A DNA stretch of 64,000 nucleotides from Verrucomicrobiales bacterium (GTDB lineage Bacteria > Verrucomicrobiota > Verrucomicrobiia > Limisphaerales > CAIMTB01), in NCBI GenBank assembly GCA_016795425.1, contig JAEUHG010000064.1, positions 119 through 64,118 on the forward strand. The letters are read 5' to 3'. A program made the translations under genes and the position numbers. The notes below the pieces were generated by a model. That model was not told the DNA's origin and did not search any database. It saw only the letters and a program-made list of their open reading frames with translations. Position 1 is the stretch's first letter; the number at the start of each line of letters is the position of its first letter. Positions 1 through 8,390 of the stretch are shown piece after piece.

Positions 1-994
1 ATTGATCGTGGGCCAGCAGAACCAGCTCATTGACATCGGCATCGCGGCTCTTGGTCACGGCGACCACCTGGCCGTCGAGCTTGGCCGTGATGGCGGCGTT
101 CTCGTTGATGGTCTTGCCCAACGCCTCACGGATGCGGGCCGTGAAACCGATTCCCGTGCCGGCCACGCCGGTCACCAGCGGGGGTTCGCCGACGGCCACG
201 TTGTCCACCGCCCACCACCAGTCATTCGCACCCAGGACCAGCGCCAGCTTCAGCTTCAGCTTCTGCGCGTTGCCCGGATTCTTCAGTTCGACCACCACCG
301 ACTCGTTGGGGGCGTCGGGATGGAAGAATTCGCCTTCGGAGGGATAGGATTCCCAGCGGAGAACCTCCACCGGCGTCCCGTTGTCCCATTGCGCGGTAAT
401 GATGGCGGTCTGGTTGTTCAGCGGTTCGCCGTTTTCATCCAACGGCCAGTTGGCGCCACCGTCATCGTGACCTTCCGGACGCCAGGAGGAATCGAAGGCC
501 AGCACCAGGCTGTTGGCCGCTTTGCCCGTCACGCCGATTTCCGGGGAGGTGAGGAAGGAATTCCAAAGGCCCTTGAGGTGGGTCGCGTCATCCCATTCAT
601 CCGGATCCGCGATCGCCGCCGCACCCGTCGCCAGCAGGAATTCCGCGCGCCGCTGATTGTCCACCGTGGGCCACCAACGGGCATCCGCGAAGCTCCAGCC
701 AGCCCATTCGGTACGACCATCATTGGCCGCGTATTCCGGCGTGCCGTATCCCGGCATCTGGGTGTCGTCGACCACCCAGCCAGTCGGCGGGGTCTTGGTC
801 CAAACCGCGGAACCCTTGGAAGCTTCTTCCGGGTTCGGTCCCAGCGGAACCGAATCGAAGTTTTCCAAGTACAGCTTCTGGCCAAACGCCGGCAACACGC
901 AGGCGCCCGCGGCGATCATCACCGCAGTCCGACGGAACGAAGAGCGCCCGGTCGCCCGTCGTCCAAAGGATGTTTTGGAGGAATGTCGTTTCAT
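1..994 (-). CDS. Exported surface protein, N-terminal part only (gene runs off the left edge)
   Basis: Not in the supplied track, because no stop lies inside the window. My own reverse-complement translation from ATG at 994-992 reads MKRHSSKTSFGRRATGRSSFRRTAVMIAAGACVLPAFGQKLYLENFDSVPLGPNPEE...GANDWWWAVDNVAVGEPP. It stays open to base 1 with G/C-rich third positions. The basic n-region plus hydrophobic core looks like a signal peptide. The listed + ORF 2..1102 is its antisense shadow. Confidence 0.7.
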   Translation of the reverse strand, partial: MKRHSSKTSFGRRATGRSSFRRTAVMIAAGACVLPAFGQKLYLENFDSVPLGPNPEEASKGSAVWTKTPPTGWVVDDTQMPGYGTPEYAANDGRTEWAGWSFADARWWPTVDNQRRAEFLLATGAAAIADPDEWDDATHLKGLWNSFLTSPEIGVTGKAANSLVLAFDSSWRPEGHDDGGANWPLDENGEPLNNQTAIITAQWDNGTPVEVLRWESYPSEGEFFHPDAPNESVVVELKNPGNAQKLKLKLALVLGANDWWWAVDNVAVGEPPLVTGVAGTGIGFTARIREALGKTINENAAITAKLDGQVVAVTKSRDADVNELVLLAHDQ

Positions 995-1092
995 GAGTTG
1001 GTAGTGTGCCAAGTGCGGGTGACCTTACTCAAGCCACGCCACGAAATGCTATCCCCAGAACAGGTGAGCGGTGAAAGTTCCAGGTTGGCCTC

Positions 1093-2328
1093 CTATTTAT
1101 AGATGTGCCGGGCCACCGCCTCCGCCCGACGCCGCACCCCCAGCTTCGCAAAAATACGCTTCAAATGGCTGTGCACCGTCCAGACGCTGATCCGCAGTTC
1201 CCGGCCAATCTCCTTGTCCACCAATCCGCGCCTCAATAACTCCAGGATTTGCGCCTCCCGTGCCGTGATGTCCGGTCCCCCGTCGTCCTGCCGAACCGGC
1301 CCCGCCTCCAGCAATTGCTGGAAATATCGCCGCGTTTGCCGGTCCGCCTCCTCCGCCGACGGAGGTCCAGAGGGAAACGCCCGCACCACCGGATCCAATA
1401 AACCCGTCCGTCCGACCCGACGCAGGAAATAGCCCCCCGTCACGCCGCTCACCGAAAAAAAGATCTCGTCGGAGTCCCGAAATATCCCGTGATCCAGAAT
1501 CCGCACCCAGGGATGCCTCGATTTCCAATGTTCCCGCAATGACCGGAACGTCGCCGGCGGCAGGCTCTGATTGATCAGCACCAGGTCCGGAATCGCCAGG
1601 CTCGCCGCCCCGCGAACCTCGTCCGCCGACCCTAATCCCCGGACTTCCACCACGCCCGGACTGGCCGCCAACCAGCGCGTCATCGCCCGGCGCACCCCGC
1701 CGTCCGGTTCGAACACATGCACCCGCCAGCCCTTGCCCGTCGGGGCGGGCGCCTTTGGTACCACCCCGCCGGCGGGAATGGTGACCAGCGTGGTGTAGGT
1801 GCAAACCATCGGATTCGCCGACCAAAATACCGCCACGGTAAACTCCCAGGGAAACCGCAGCTTCACGTGCTCCCATCCATCCCGAAGCAGGGCCGTCTCG
1901 ATCTCCGCCGCCCGCAGGGCCGCCGCATTGGGCTGTTCCGTGCCCAATCCCACGTGATGCGTTTCCCCCGCATGGCTCAAGGGCACGAACAACTCCTGCT
2001 CCAGGCCGGGGGTCAGGCCGACGGTGTATTTTCGCGGCGCCAAACGTCCGGCCCCCGATTCGCTCCCGCGCGCGCGATCCAGGCATTCCCATCCTTCCAT
2101 GGTCACCCGACTGTACAACGCCAGCGCCTCCTCCGCCGCCGCCGCGCCATCGGTCGCGCGCAGCGCCAATGTCCGACGCACCCCCCGGTATTGAATCTTC
2201 ACCGACCACCCCCGCACCCGCCGCCGCTGACCGCGATAGGTGAAGCTATTGTGGAACACCCGCGTCGCCCAATATGCGAGATTCAACTTCGAATCAGACC
2301 TCGTGATGGCTCTGCGTTCCGTCAGCAT
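1093..2328 (-). CDS. LuxR/FixJ-type transcription regulator with an atypical (Asp-less) receiver domain
   Basis: The C-terminal ITAREAQILELLRRGLVDKEIGRELRISVWTVHSHLKRIFAKLGV is a classic LuxR-type HTH. The preceding ~120 aa look like a CheY-like receiver (HVFEPD...PDLVLIN...GGYFLRR). I moved the start from 2670 to ATG 2328 (MLTERRAI...) because the upstream 114 codons are Arg/Gly/Pro-rich low complexity. Confidence 0.75.
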   Translation of the reverse strand: MLTERRAITRSDSKLNLAYWATRVFHNSFTYRGQRRRVRGWSVKIQYRGVRRTLALRATDGAAAAEEALALYSRVTMEGWECLDRARGSESGAGRLAPRKYTVGLTPGLEQELFVPLSHAGETHHVGLGTEQPNAAALRAAEIETALLRDGWEHVKLRFPWEFTVAVFWSANPMVCTYTTLVTIPAGGVVPKAPAPTGKGWRVHVFEPDGGVRRAMTRWLAASPGVVEVRGLGSADEVRGAASLAIPDLVLINQSLPPATFRSLREHWKSRHPWVRILDHGIFRDSDEIFFSVSGVTGGYFLRRVGRTGLLDPVVRAFPSGPPSAEEADRQTRRYFQQLLEAGPVRQDDGGPDITAREAQILELLRRGLVDKEIGRELRISVWTVHSHLKRIFAKLGVRRRAEAVARHIYK

Positions 2329-2835
2329 GCTTGGACGTTTCTTGGACACTGAAAAAAGTGCAAGGAGCAAGCGTTGGGCGGGAGTCCGGCGCCAAAGGTG
2401 ACGATTCGGTGTCGTTGCGGAAGCTGGCCCGTGAAAGGGGCGCCTCAATTCCCCGAAAGCCCATCCTCGGCTTCCCCCGAACAGGCGATTGTCGATAGGG
2501 CGCCGGACCCTGACGATGGAGTGGCTGCCGTACCGGGGGCAGGCAGGGCTCGCCCCGAATCCCCCGCCATCATCAGCCGCTGATTGCAGGACGGGCCGCG
2601 GTCCAACCCGGACGGTGAAAGCGGGAACCGGGCACCCGGCACTTGCACCAACATGAACCGCCAACCCCAAGACAACTCTGTCGCGCCCGCCGCCGCGGAC
2701 CGACCGATCAATCGGGAGCCTGCCCGATAGACAGCCCCAGGACCTGCCAAACGACGCTCAACCATTCAGGACCACAACCGGAGCCAGCTTGCTGATCTCC
2801 CCGGCAATCCTGACCGATGGATTCCTTCCGACCTC

Positions 2836-3717
2836 ATGAAACTCTCTAAATCGCACCCGAAAAACCATGCCGTGCGGGCAGCGTTCACCCTCATCGAACT
2901 GCTCGTGGTCATCGCCATCATTGCCATCCTCGCTTCCATGCTCCTTCCGGCGCTGGCCAAGGCGAAGGAAAAGGGGCGCCAGGCCAAGTGCATCAACAAC
3001 CTCAAGCAGATCGGCCTCGCGACGACCATGTACGCCGACGACAACGATGAGGTGTTCCATCATGTCATCGACTCCAGCGGAAATGCCGACGCTCCGAACC
3101 ACGGCCAATGGACGTCCCAACCCAACAGCACGGTCATGCTGCCGCCCAACAGCGACCTGGCCTACTGGGGCATCGCCTATACCAAATACATCACCGGCAC
3201 CGGGAGCAACTGGACCTGGCAGGGAGCCCAAACCATGTTCCGCTGCCCGTCCGCCAAGAACGTCGATGAATGGCGCGAGGAAGGAAAACGATTCCCGGCT
3301 GAGTACTGGCTGAATTCCTCCATCGGCATCAACGCCTTCGTCATTCGCGGCGTGGATCAGAACAACCCCCCGTCCCGCATGTCCGGTCGCGCCCGCAAAA
3401 CCAGCAGCTTCGCACACCCGGCCTCCACCGTGTTCGCCCAGGACGCCGCCGAGCAGAAAATGGAAGGCGCGGGCGATACCCTCGGCCTCTTCCCCGGCGA
3501 GAGCGAGTGCCTGACCCAATGGAAGTACAGCCTCGCCAGCCTCTATCCCGGAAAGAAAATGGAGTTCGAGTGGTTCCGCCACAACCAGCGCTGCGACACC
3601 ATCTGGGTCCCCGGCAACGTCTCCCCCATCAAATACTCGAAGAAGGGCTACGACTATCGTTGGTACGCGGATTTCCAGCGCCCGAACGATCCGCCCATCG
3701 AACAGCCGCCCCGGTAG
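2836..3717 (+). CDS. Prepilin-type N-terminal cleavage/methylation domain protein (DUF1559-like pseudopilin)
   Basis: The N-terminus [46 protein letters not shown] is the type IV pilin-like signal seen in large PVC paralog families. Near the C-terminus, [12 protein letters not shown] is a variant of the H-X9-DG motif. Confidence 0.85.
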   Translation: MKLSKSHPKNHAVRAAFTLIELLVVIAIIAILASMLLPALAKAKEKGRQAKCINNLKQIGLATTMYADDNDEVFHHVIDSSGNADAPNHGQWTSQPNSTVMLPPNSDLAYWGIAYTKYITGTGSNWTWQGAQTMFRCPSAKNVDEWREEGKRFPAEYWLNSSIGINAFVIRGVDQNNPPSRMSGRARKTSSFAHPASTVFAQDAAEQKMEGAGDTLGLFPGESECLTQWKYSLASLYPGKKMEFEWFRHNQRCDTIWVPGNVSPIKYSKKGYDYRWYADFQRPNDPPIEQPPR

Positions 3718-3768
3718 GAATGTCCCGCGTCCCAACCTTCGATCTCTGACCTCTGTTCTCAGGGTTCC

Positions 3769-4146
3769 ATGAAAGTTCCATCCTTTTTGCCGGCCGCCTG
3801 CGCTGCCGTGCTGATGATCGCCGCCACCGGATGCGACCGCGGTTCGGCGCCTCCGGCCGCCATCTCCACGGAACAAATCACCGGATCAGTCCCGGAGATG
3901 TTCAAGTCCGCTTCCACCGAGGTGAAACAACTGGCCGCCGATGTCGTTGAGGCCATCGGCAAACAAGACTACCCCACGGCTTGGGGCAAACTCCAGGAAC
4001 TGAACGGACGCGACGGCCTCACCGACGCCCAAAAGGAGTTCGTGGCCCAAAGCATCGCCTCGGTCGGCGCGGAAATGCAGAAGTCGGAGGAGACTGGAAA
4101 TGAGGCGGCCCAGGAAGCCCTCCGCTTTCATCGTGCCAACAAATAA
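3769..4146 (+). CDS. Small lipoprotein, unknown function
   Basis: MKVPSFLPAACAAVLMIAATGCDRG has a signal peptide with a lipobox-like A-T-G-C. The remainder is helical, rich in Ala/Glu/Gln. Codon bias is coding-like. Confidence 0.6.
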   Translation: MKVPSFLPAACAAVLMIAATGCDRGSAPPAAISTEQITGSVPEMFKSASTEVKQLAADVVEAIGKQDYPTAWGKLQELNGRDGLTDAQKEFVAQSIASVGAEMQKSEETGNEAAQEALRFHRANK

Positions 4147-4182
4147 AGCGATGCCAGCGGACGCCGGCCTCCTTCCTGCTCG

Positions 4183-4302
4183 CCCCTGGACCGTTCCAGG
4201 GGCCTTCGGTCTCTCGTATCCTCCCCCAACCTTTCGCCGCCTGGTGGCGGCGGTTTGCCGGACGGGGAGCAGGGTGTAGTTCCGTGTGTCGCCCTGCTCC
4301 CC
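4183..4302 (+). terminator. Three GC-rich stem-loops between the lipoprotein gene and phnW (possible terminator or leader structure)
   Basis: Read directly: 4183-4202 cccctgga/ccgt/tccagggg; 4235-4252 cgccgcc/tggt/ggcggcg; 4264-4302 ggggagcaggg/17-nt loop/ccctgctcccc. No clear U-tract follows any of them. Confidence 0.3.
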
Positions 4303-4321
4303 GTACCATCCCACTCTCGCC

Positions 4322-5461
4322 ATGCCCGACCCCACGCTTCCCTCCTCCCACGACAAAGTCCTCTACACTCCCGGCCCCCTCACCACGAGCCTCTCCGTCA
4401 AGCAAGCCATGCTCCATGACGCGGGCTCCTGGCACTGGGAATTCAATGCCCTCGTCCAATCCGTCCGAGATCGTCTCGTCGCTCTCGCCGGTCTTGAGGC
4501 CCGTCAAGGCTGGGAAGCCATCCTTCTGCAGGGCAGCGGTACGTTTGGCGTCGAAGCGGTCCTCGCCTCGATCGTGCCCCCCGCAGGACGCGTTCTCGTC
4601 CTTGCCAACGGCGCCTACGGTGAACGTGCCGTGCTCATGCTCCAACACCACCGCACGCCCCACGTGGTCTACCGCACCACCGAGGACACGCCGCCGGATC
4701 CCACCGAACTCGATCGCCGCCTCGCTGAGGACCCCACGATCTCTCACGTGGTTGCCATCCATTGCGAAACCACCACCGGCATCCTGAATCCCATCGAAAC
4801 CCTGGGCCCCGTCGTCCGGCGCCATGGCCGGGTCTTCATCGTCGATGCCATGAGCAGTTTCGGCGCCGTCCCCATTGACTTTGCGGAGTGCGGCATCGAT
4901 TACCTGATTTCCTCCGCCAACAAATGCATCGAGGGCGTGCCGGGCTTCTCGTTCGTGTTGTGCCGCCGCGCCGATCTCGAAGCCACCCAAGGCACCGCGC
5001 GATCCCTCAGCCTCGATCTGCTCGGCCAACTGAAGGGTTTCGATAAGAACGGACAATTCCGCTACACCCCGCCCACGCACTCCATCCTGGCCTTCGACCA
5101 GGCCCTCAAGGAACTCGCCCTGGAAGGCGGCCCCGCCGCCCGCGCCGAGCGCTACCGCCGCAACCACGCCACCCTGCTCGCCGGAATGACCCGGCTCGGT
5201 TTCAAATCCTACCTCCCACCGGCCGTCCAGAGTTACATCATCACCTCGTTCATTTTCCCTCCCGACCCGCAGTTCACTTTCGACGCGTTCTACCGGCGCC
5301 TGAGCGACAAGGGCCACATCATCTATCCGGGCAAGATCAGTCAGGCCGACACGTTCCGTATCGGGTCCATCGGGCGCATCTTCGAGTCCGATGTCCGGTC
5401 GCTCGTCGCCGCAGTCGGCGAAGCCGTTCAGGAAATGAACCTGAAACGCCTCGCCCCGTGA
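4322..5461 (+). CDS. phnW: 2-aminoethylphosphonate--pyruvate aminotransferase
   Basis: VLYTPGPLTTSLSVKQAMLHDAGSWHWEFNALVQSVRDRL, LLQGSGTFGVEAV and the PLP-lysine region YLISSANKCIEGVPGFSF match the PhnW family. phnA lies directly downstream. I prefer ATG 4322 over the track start 4286. Confidence 0.85.
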   Translation: MPDPTLPSSHDKVLYTPGPLTTSLSVKQAMLHDAGSWHWEFNALVQSVRDRLVALAGLEARQGWEAILLQGSGTFGVEAVLASIVPPAGRVLVLANGAYGERAVLMLQHHRTPHVVYRTTEDTPPDPTELDRRLAEDPTISHVVAIHCETTTGILNPIETLGPVVRRHGRVFIVDAMSSFGAVPIDFAECGIDYLISSANKCIEGVPGFSFVLCRRADLEATQGTARSLSLDLLGQLKGFDKNGQFRYTPPTHSILAFDQALKELALEGGPAARAERYRRNHATLLAGMTRLGFKSYLPPAVQSYIITSFIFPPDPQFTFDAFYRRLSDKGHIIYPGKISQADTFRIGSIGRIFESDVRSLVAAVGEAVQEMNLKRLAP

Positions 5462-5599
5462 TCCAACGACCCGGTCCTTCGAGCCATCTGATCGAATCCG
5501 GGGAAAGGAGATCCGCTCTCCCGCGCCCCGCTGCCCCAGGCCCGCTCTTAACGTCATCCCTTTCACCGCACGAACCCCATCGCTCCTGCCCACCACAAC

Positions 5600-6868
5600 A
5601 TGCCCACGCCCCCCAGCCAGACTCCATTCGCCGCCAACGGACGCACTTATCGTCCCCCCGCCCGCCCTGTCGCCGTCATCTGCCTCGATGGATCGGCGGA
5701 TGAGTACCTCGACGCGGCGATGGCCCGGGGGCGCATGCCCACCCTGGCGCGCATGAGTGTGGAGGGCTACCGAGGGATGGCCAGGGGAGCCATGCCCAGC
5801 TTCACCAACGTCAACAATAGCTCCATCGTCACCGGCGTACCGCCCGCGGTCCATGGCATCGGCGGCAACTTCTTCTTCGACACCGCCTCCGGCCAGGAGG
5901 TGATGATGAACTCCTCCTCCTTCCTGCGCGTCCCCACCCTCTTTCCGGCCGCCCAGAATGCCGGGCGCCGCGTGGCCGTGGTTACCGCCAAGGAAAAACT
6001 CCGCGACATCTTCGCCTCCGGACTCATCGGCATCGGCGGCATCGCGTTCTCGTCCGAAAAGGCCGTCCACGCCACCCGCGGCGTCCACGGCATCGACGGG
6101 GTCGAAGCCTTGGTCGGCCCGACGCCGGCCATTTATAGCGGTGAAGCCAGCCTCTACGTCCTTCGCTCCGGGGTGGCCCTGTTGGAACGTGGTCTCGCGG
6201 ACTTTCTCTACCTGAGCACCACGGACTTCATGCAGCACAAGTTCGCGCCGGAGGATCCGGAGGCTCTGGATTTCTATGCGGGAATCGATGCCTCACTGGC
6301 TCGGTTGCTGGCGCTCGGAGCGGTCGTGGGCGTCACCGCCGACCATGGCATGAACGCCAAACAAAAGGCCGATGGCTCACCGAATGTCATCTATCTCGAG
6401 ACGGAACTGAACGCCCGATTCGGTCCGGGATTCCGCGTCATTCTGCCGATCACCGACCCGTACGTCGTCCACCACGGCGCCCTGGGCAGTTTCGCCCAGG
6501 TGCATCTACCCCAACACCAGGCCAGCACCGTCACCGCGCGCGAGGTGGTGGATTGGCTGCTCAGCCGACCCGGGGTCACGGAGGCCCACGAACGGGCCAC
6601 CGCGGCGCGCCTGATGCAACTTCCCCCGGATCGCATGGGCGACCTGGTGGTCTGCTCGGCACGCGACGTCGTGCTCGGCCGATCCCCGGAGTACCACGAT
6701 CTCAAAGCCATCGAAGGAGGCCTTCGCTCCCATGGCGGGCGTTACGAGGAAATGGTGCCGTTCGTCTTCAGTCATCCACTCGCCCCGGACTACCTCGCCC
6801 GGGCGCAGGGAGACCCCCGCAACTTCGACATCTTCGACTTCACCTGCAATGGCACACTTGCCGCCTGA
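5600..6868 (+). CDS. phnA: Phosphonoacetate hydrolase (alkaline-phosphatase superfamily)
   Basis: VICLDGSADEYL, MPSFTNVNNSSIVTGVPPAVHGIGGNFFFD, LYLSTTDFMQHKFAP, VTADHGMNAK, LPITDPYVVHHGALGSF and LRSHGG follow, block by block, the Pseudomonas fluorescens phosphonoacetate hydrolase sequence as I remember it. Confidence 0.85.
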   Translation: MPTPPSQTPFAANGRTYRPPARPVAVICLDGSADEYLDAAMARGRMPTLARMSVEGYRGMARGAMPSFTNVNNSSIVTGVPPAVHGIGGNFFFDTASGQEVMMNSSSFLRVPTLFPAAQNAGRRVAVVTAKEKLRDIFASGLIGIGGIAFSSEKAVHATRGVHGIDGVEALVGPTPAIYSGEASLYVLRSGVALLERGLADFLYLSTTDFMQHKFAPEDPEALDFYAGIDASLARLLALGAVVGVTADHGMNAKQKADGSPNVIYLETELNARFGPGFRVILPITDPYVVHHGALGSFAQVHLPQHQASTVTAREVVDWLLSRPGVTEAHERATAARLMQLPPDRMGDLVVCSARDVVLGRSPEYHDLKAIEGGLRSHGGRYEEMVPFVFSHPLAPDYLARAQGDPRNFDIFDFTCNGTLAA

Positions 6869-8147
6869 CCCCTGGCGCGACCGCGCCCTCGGCCTCTTTC
6901 CTGGTGGTTCGAACGGCGAGTTCGGCATCCCGCCCCATTTGGTTCCGGTCATCGCACGCGGGCTTGGTTGCCGCGTTTGGAATACCGAGGGTCGCGAGTT
7001 TCTCGATTACACCATGGCCTGGGGTTCCGCGCTTCCGGGCCACGCCCACCCCAAACTCCTCGCCGCCGCCACCCACGCCGCCACGGAAGGGTTCAACTTC
7101 GCCGCCGTCAACCGGCGCAGTGTCGAGCTGGCGGAACGCATCGCGGTCGTCAGTCCGTGCGCCGAACGCATCCGCTTCGTCGCCTCAGGTACCGAAGCCA
7201 CCCTGCTTTGCCTGCGCGTCGCCCGCGCCGCCACCGGCCGGCCCAAGGTGCTGAAGTTCGAAGGTGCCTACCACGGCCAGCATCCCGTCGGTGTCGCCAG
7301 CATGATCAACGGCCGCCCCTCGAATCTCCCGCACCCCGATCCCAGCGGCGCGGGCGCGCCCTGGGTGGAACGCGACGTCCTGGTCGCGCCGTTCAATGAT
7401 CTGGAGGCCACCACCCGCATCCTGAAGACCCATGCCGCGGACCTCGCCGCCGTGATCGTGGAACCCGTGCATCGTTGCATCCCCCCGCTTCCCGGCTTCC
7501 TCGAGGGGCTTCGCGCCATCACTCGCCAACTCGGGATCGTCCTGGTTTTCGACGAGGTCGTCACCGGATTTCGCCTCGCCCTGGGCGGCGCCCAACAGTA
7601 CTTCGGGGTGTCTCCCGACCTCGTCGCCTACGGAAAGGCCCTGGCCGGCGGATTTCCGCTCGGCGCCTACGCCGGACGAGCCTCGCTCATGGAGGCTGTC
7701 GATGAATCAAGGCTCCCCGGCCCCCATTATGCCTGGTCGGCGTCCACCACCGGCGGCAATCCGATCTCCTGCGCCGCCGCTCTCGCCCACCTCGAGGTGC
7801 TGACCGAGCCCGGCACTTATCCCCGCCTCCATGCCATGGGCCGCTTGCTGCGCCGCCGGATGGCCGAGACGGCGACGGCCACTGGAACCACCGCTCAGAT
7901 CCTCGGCGACGGACCGCTGGCGCAAATCGCCTTTTCCGCGCAACCCATCGTGGACCAGGCGTCCTGGCTGTCGTCCGACCGTGCTCGTGGTCGCGCCGTC
8001 ATGCTCGAGTTGATTCGGCGCGGCGTCTTCTTGAATCCGATGGGAACCAAGCTCTATCTGTCCTTGGCCCATGATGAACCTGCCATCGATGGATTCACCG
8101 AACGTCTCGCCGACGCGCTCCTCGCGACGAGGAGCAGCGGAGGTTGA
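6849..8147 (+). CDS. Class III (HemL-like) PLP-dependent aminotransferase/aminomutase paralog
   Basis: FVASGTEATLLCLRVARAATGRPKVLKFEGAYHG and VFDEVVTGFRLALGG...AYGKALAGGFPLGAYAG match the glutamate-1-semialdehyde aminomutase fold and its PLP-lysine. The N-terminus has FPGGSNGEF instead of the HemL-typical GGVNSPVRAF, so it is probably not true hemL. ATG 6849 overlaps the phnA stop by 20 nt. Confidence 0.8.
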   Translation: MAHLPPDPWRDRALGLFPGGSNGEFGIPPHLVPVIARGLGCRVWNTEGREFLDYTMAWGSALPGHAHPKLLAAATHAATEGFNFAAVNRRSVELAERIAVVSPCAERIRFVASGTEATLLCLRVARAATGRPKVLKFEGAYHGQHPVGVASMINGRPSNLPHPDPSGAGAPWVERDVLVAPFNDLEATTRILKTHAADLAAVIVEPVHRCIPPLPGFLEGLRAITRQLGIVLVFDEVVTGFRLALGGAQQYFGVSPDLVAYGKALAGGFPLGAYAGRASLMEAVDESRLPGPHYAWSASTTGGNPISCAAALAHLEVLTEPGTYPRLHAMGRLLRRRMAETATATGTTAQILGDGPLAQIAFSAQPIVDQASWLSSDRARGRAVMLELIRRGVFLNPMGTKLYLSLAHDEPAIDGFTERLADALLATRSSGG

Positions 8148-8230
8148 TTCTCCCATGGGCCTGAGGTTTCAACGACCTGGGGCCGCGCCCCAGCAAGGCG
8201 TGAGCAAAGGAGCGATGGCGGCCGAACGTG

Positions 8231-8342
8231 TCGGCATCGTGCAGAGGCGCAAAGGCGCGGAGGCTCTGGGAAGAAGACGGGCACGGAGTTCTATTTCCCC
8301 GGCCTGCTTCCTCCGCGCCTTTGCGCCTCTGCGCGATGCCGA
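8231..8342 (+). repeat. Near-perfect 33-bp inverted repeat (long hairpin, 46-nt loop) in the 243-nt gap between the aminotransferase and the binding-protein gene
   Basis: Read directly: 8233-8263 ggcatcgtgcagaggcgcaaaggcgcggagg pairs with 8310-8340 cctccgcgcctttgcgcctctgcgcgatgcc. The only imperfection is one T/G position (a G-U wobble in RNA). Two more pairs are possible at 8231-8232 / 8341-8342. Confidence 0.9.
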
Positions 8343-8390
8343 TCGGAGCATGCCTTCCTTCCATCCCCTCCCCATCCGCTGATCCCCCGC

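Noticed and set aside
2-1102. 366-aa + strand ORF at the left edge
   Set aside because: It is the antisense shadow of a much more protein-like minus-strand gene (signal peptide, balanced composition) that I translated from ATG 994. The + ORF product is Arg/Gly/Pro/His-rich and low in complexity, as expected for wrong-strand reading in GC-rich DNA.
1093-2328. Integrase arm-type repeats in the LuxR regulator as a sign of a mobile element
   Set aside because: No recombinase catalytic domain, direct repeats, tRNA target or compositional shift lies nearby. The resemblance is weak and confined to putative DNA-binding modules.
1093-2670. N-terminal extensions offered by the ORF track (also at 16370, 21037, 26014, 35292, 38563, 41209, 43009, 45966, 51383, 51323, 55467, 56323, 57086, 58405 and 63538)
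   Set aside because: The extensions are Arg/Pro/Gly-rich, overlap neighbouring genes or intergenic DNA, and precede an internal ATG. That ATG either forms an ATGA/GTGA junction with the upstream gene or is immediately followed by a signal peptide or family N-terminus. I used the internal starts.
2329-2835. Possible riboswitch or structured RNA in the 507-nt divergent intergenic region (e.g. ggtgaaagcgggaaccgggcacccgg, vaguely cobalamin-riboswitch-like)
   Set aside because: I could not find the B12 box or the conserved GGGAA...GGTG..AATCC core in the right order. The flanking genes (a regulator and a pseudopilin) are not typical riboswitch targets. A covariance-model scan (Rfam) would be needed to settle it.
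4019-6238. 739-aa minus-strand ORF
   Set aside because: It lies antisense to phnW and phnA, both of which have strong family motifs. Its product is Gly/Arg/Ala/Asp-rich without motifs.
8148-8390. Molybdenum-cofactor (Moco) riboswitch upstream of the ModA-like gene
   Set aside because: The only clear structure is the 33-bp perfect hairpin, which does not resemble the multi-stem Moco motif as I remember it. This should be checked with an Rfam scan.
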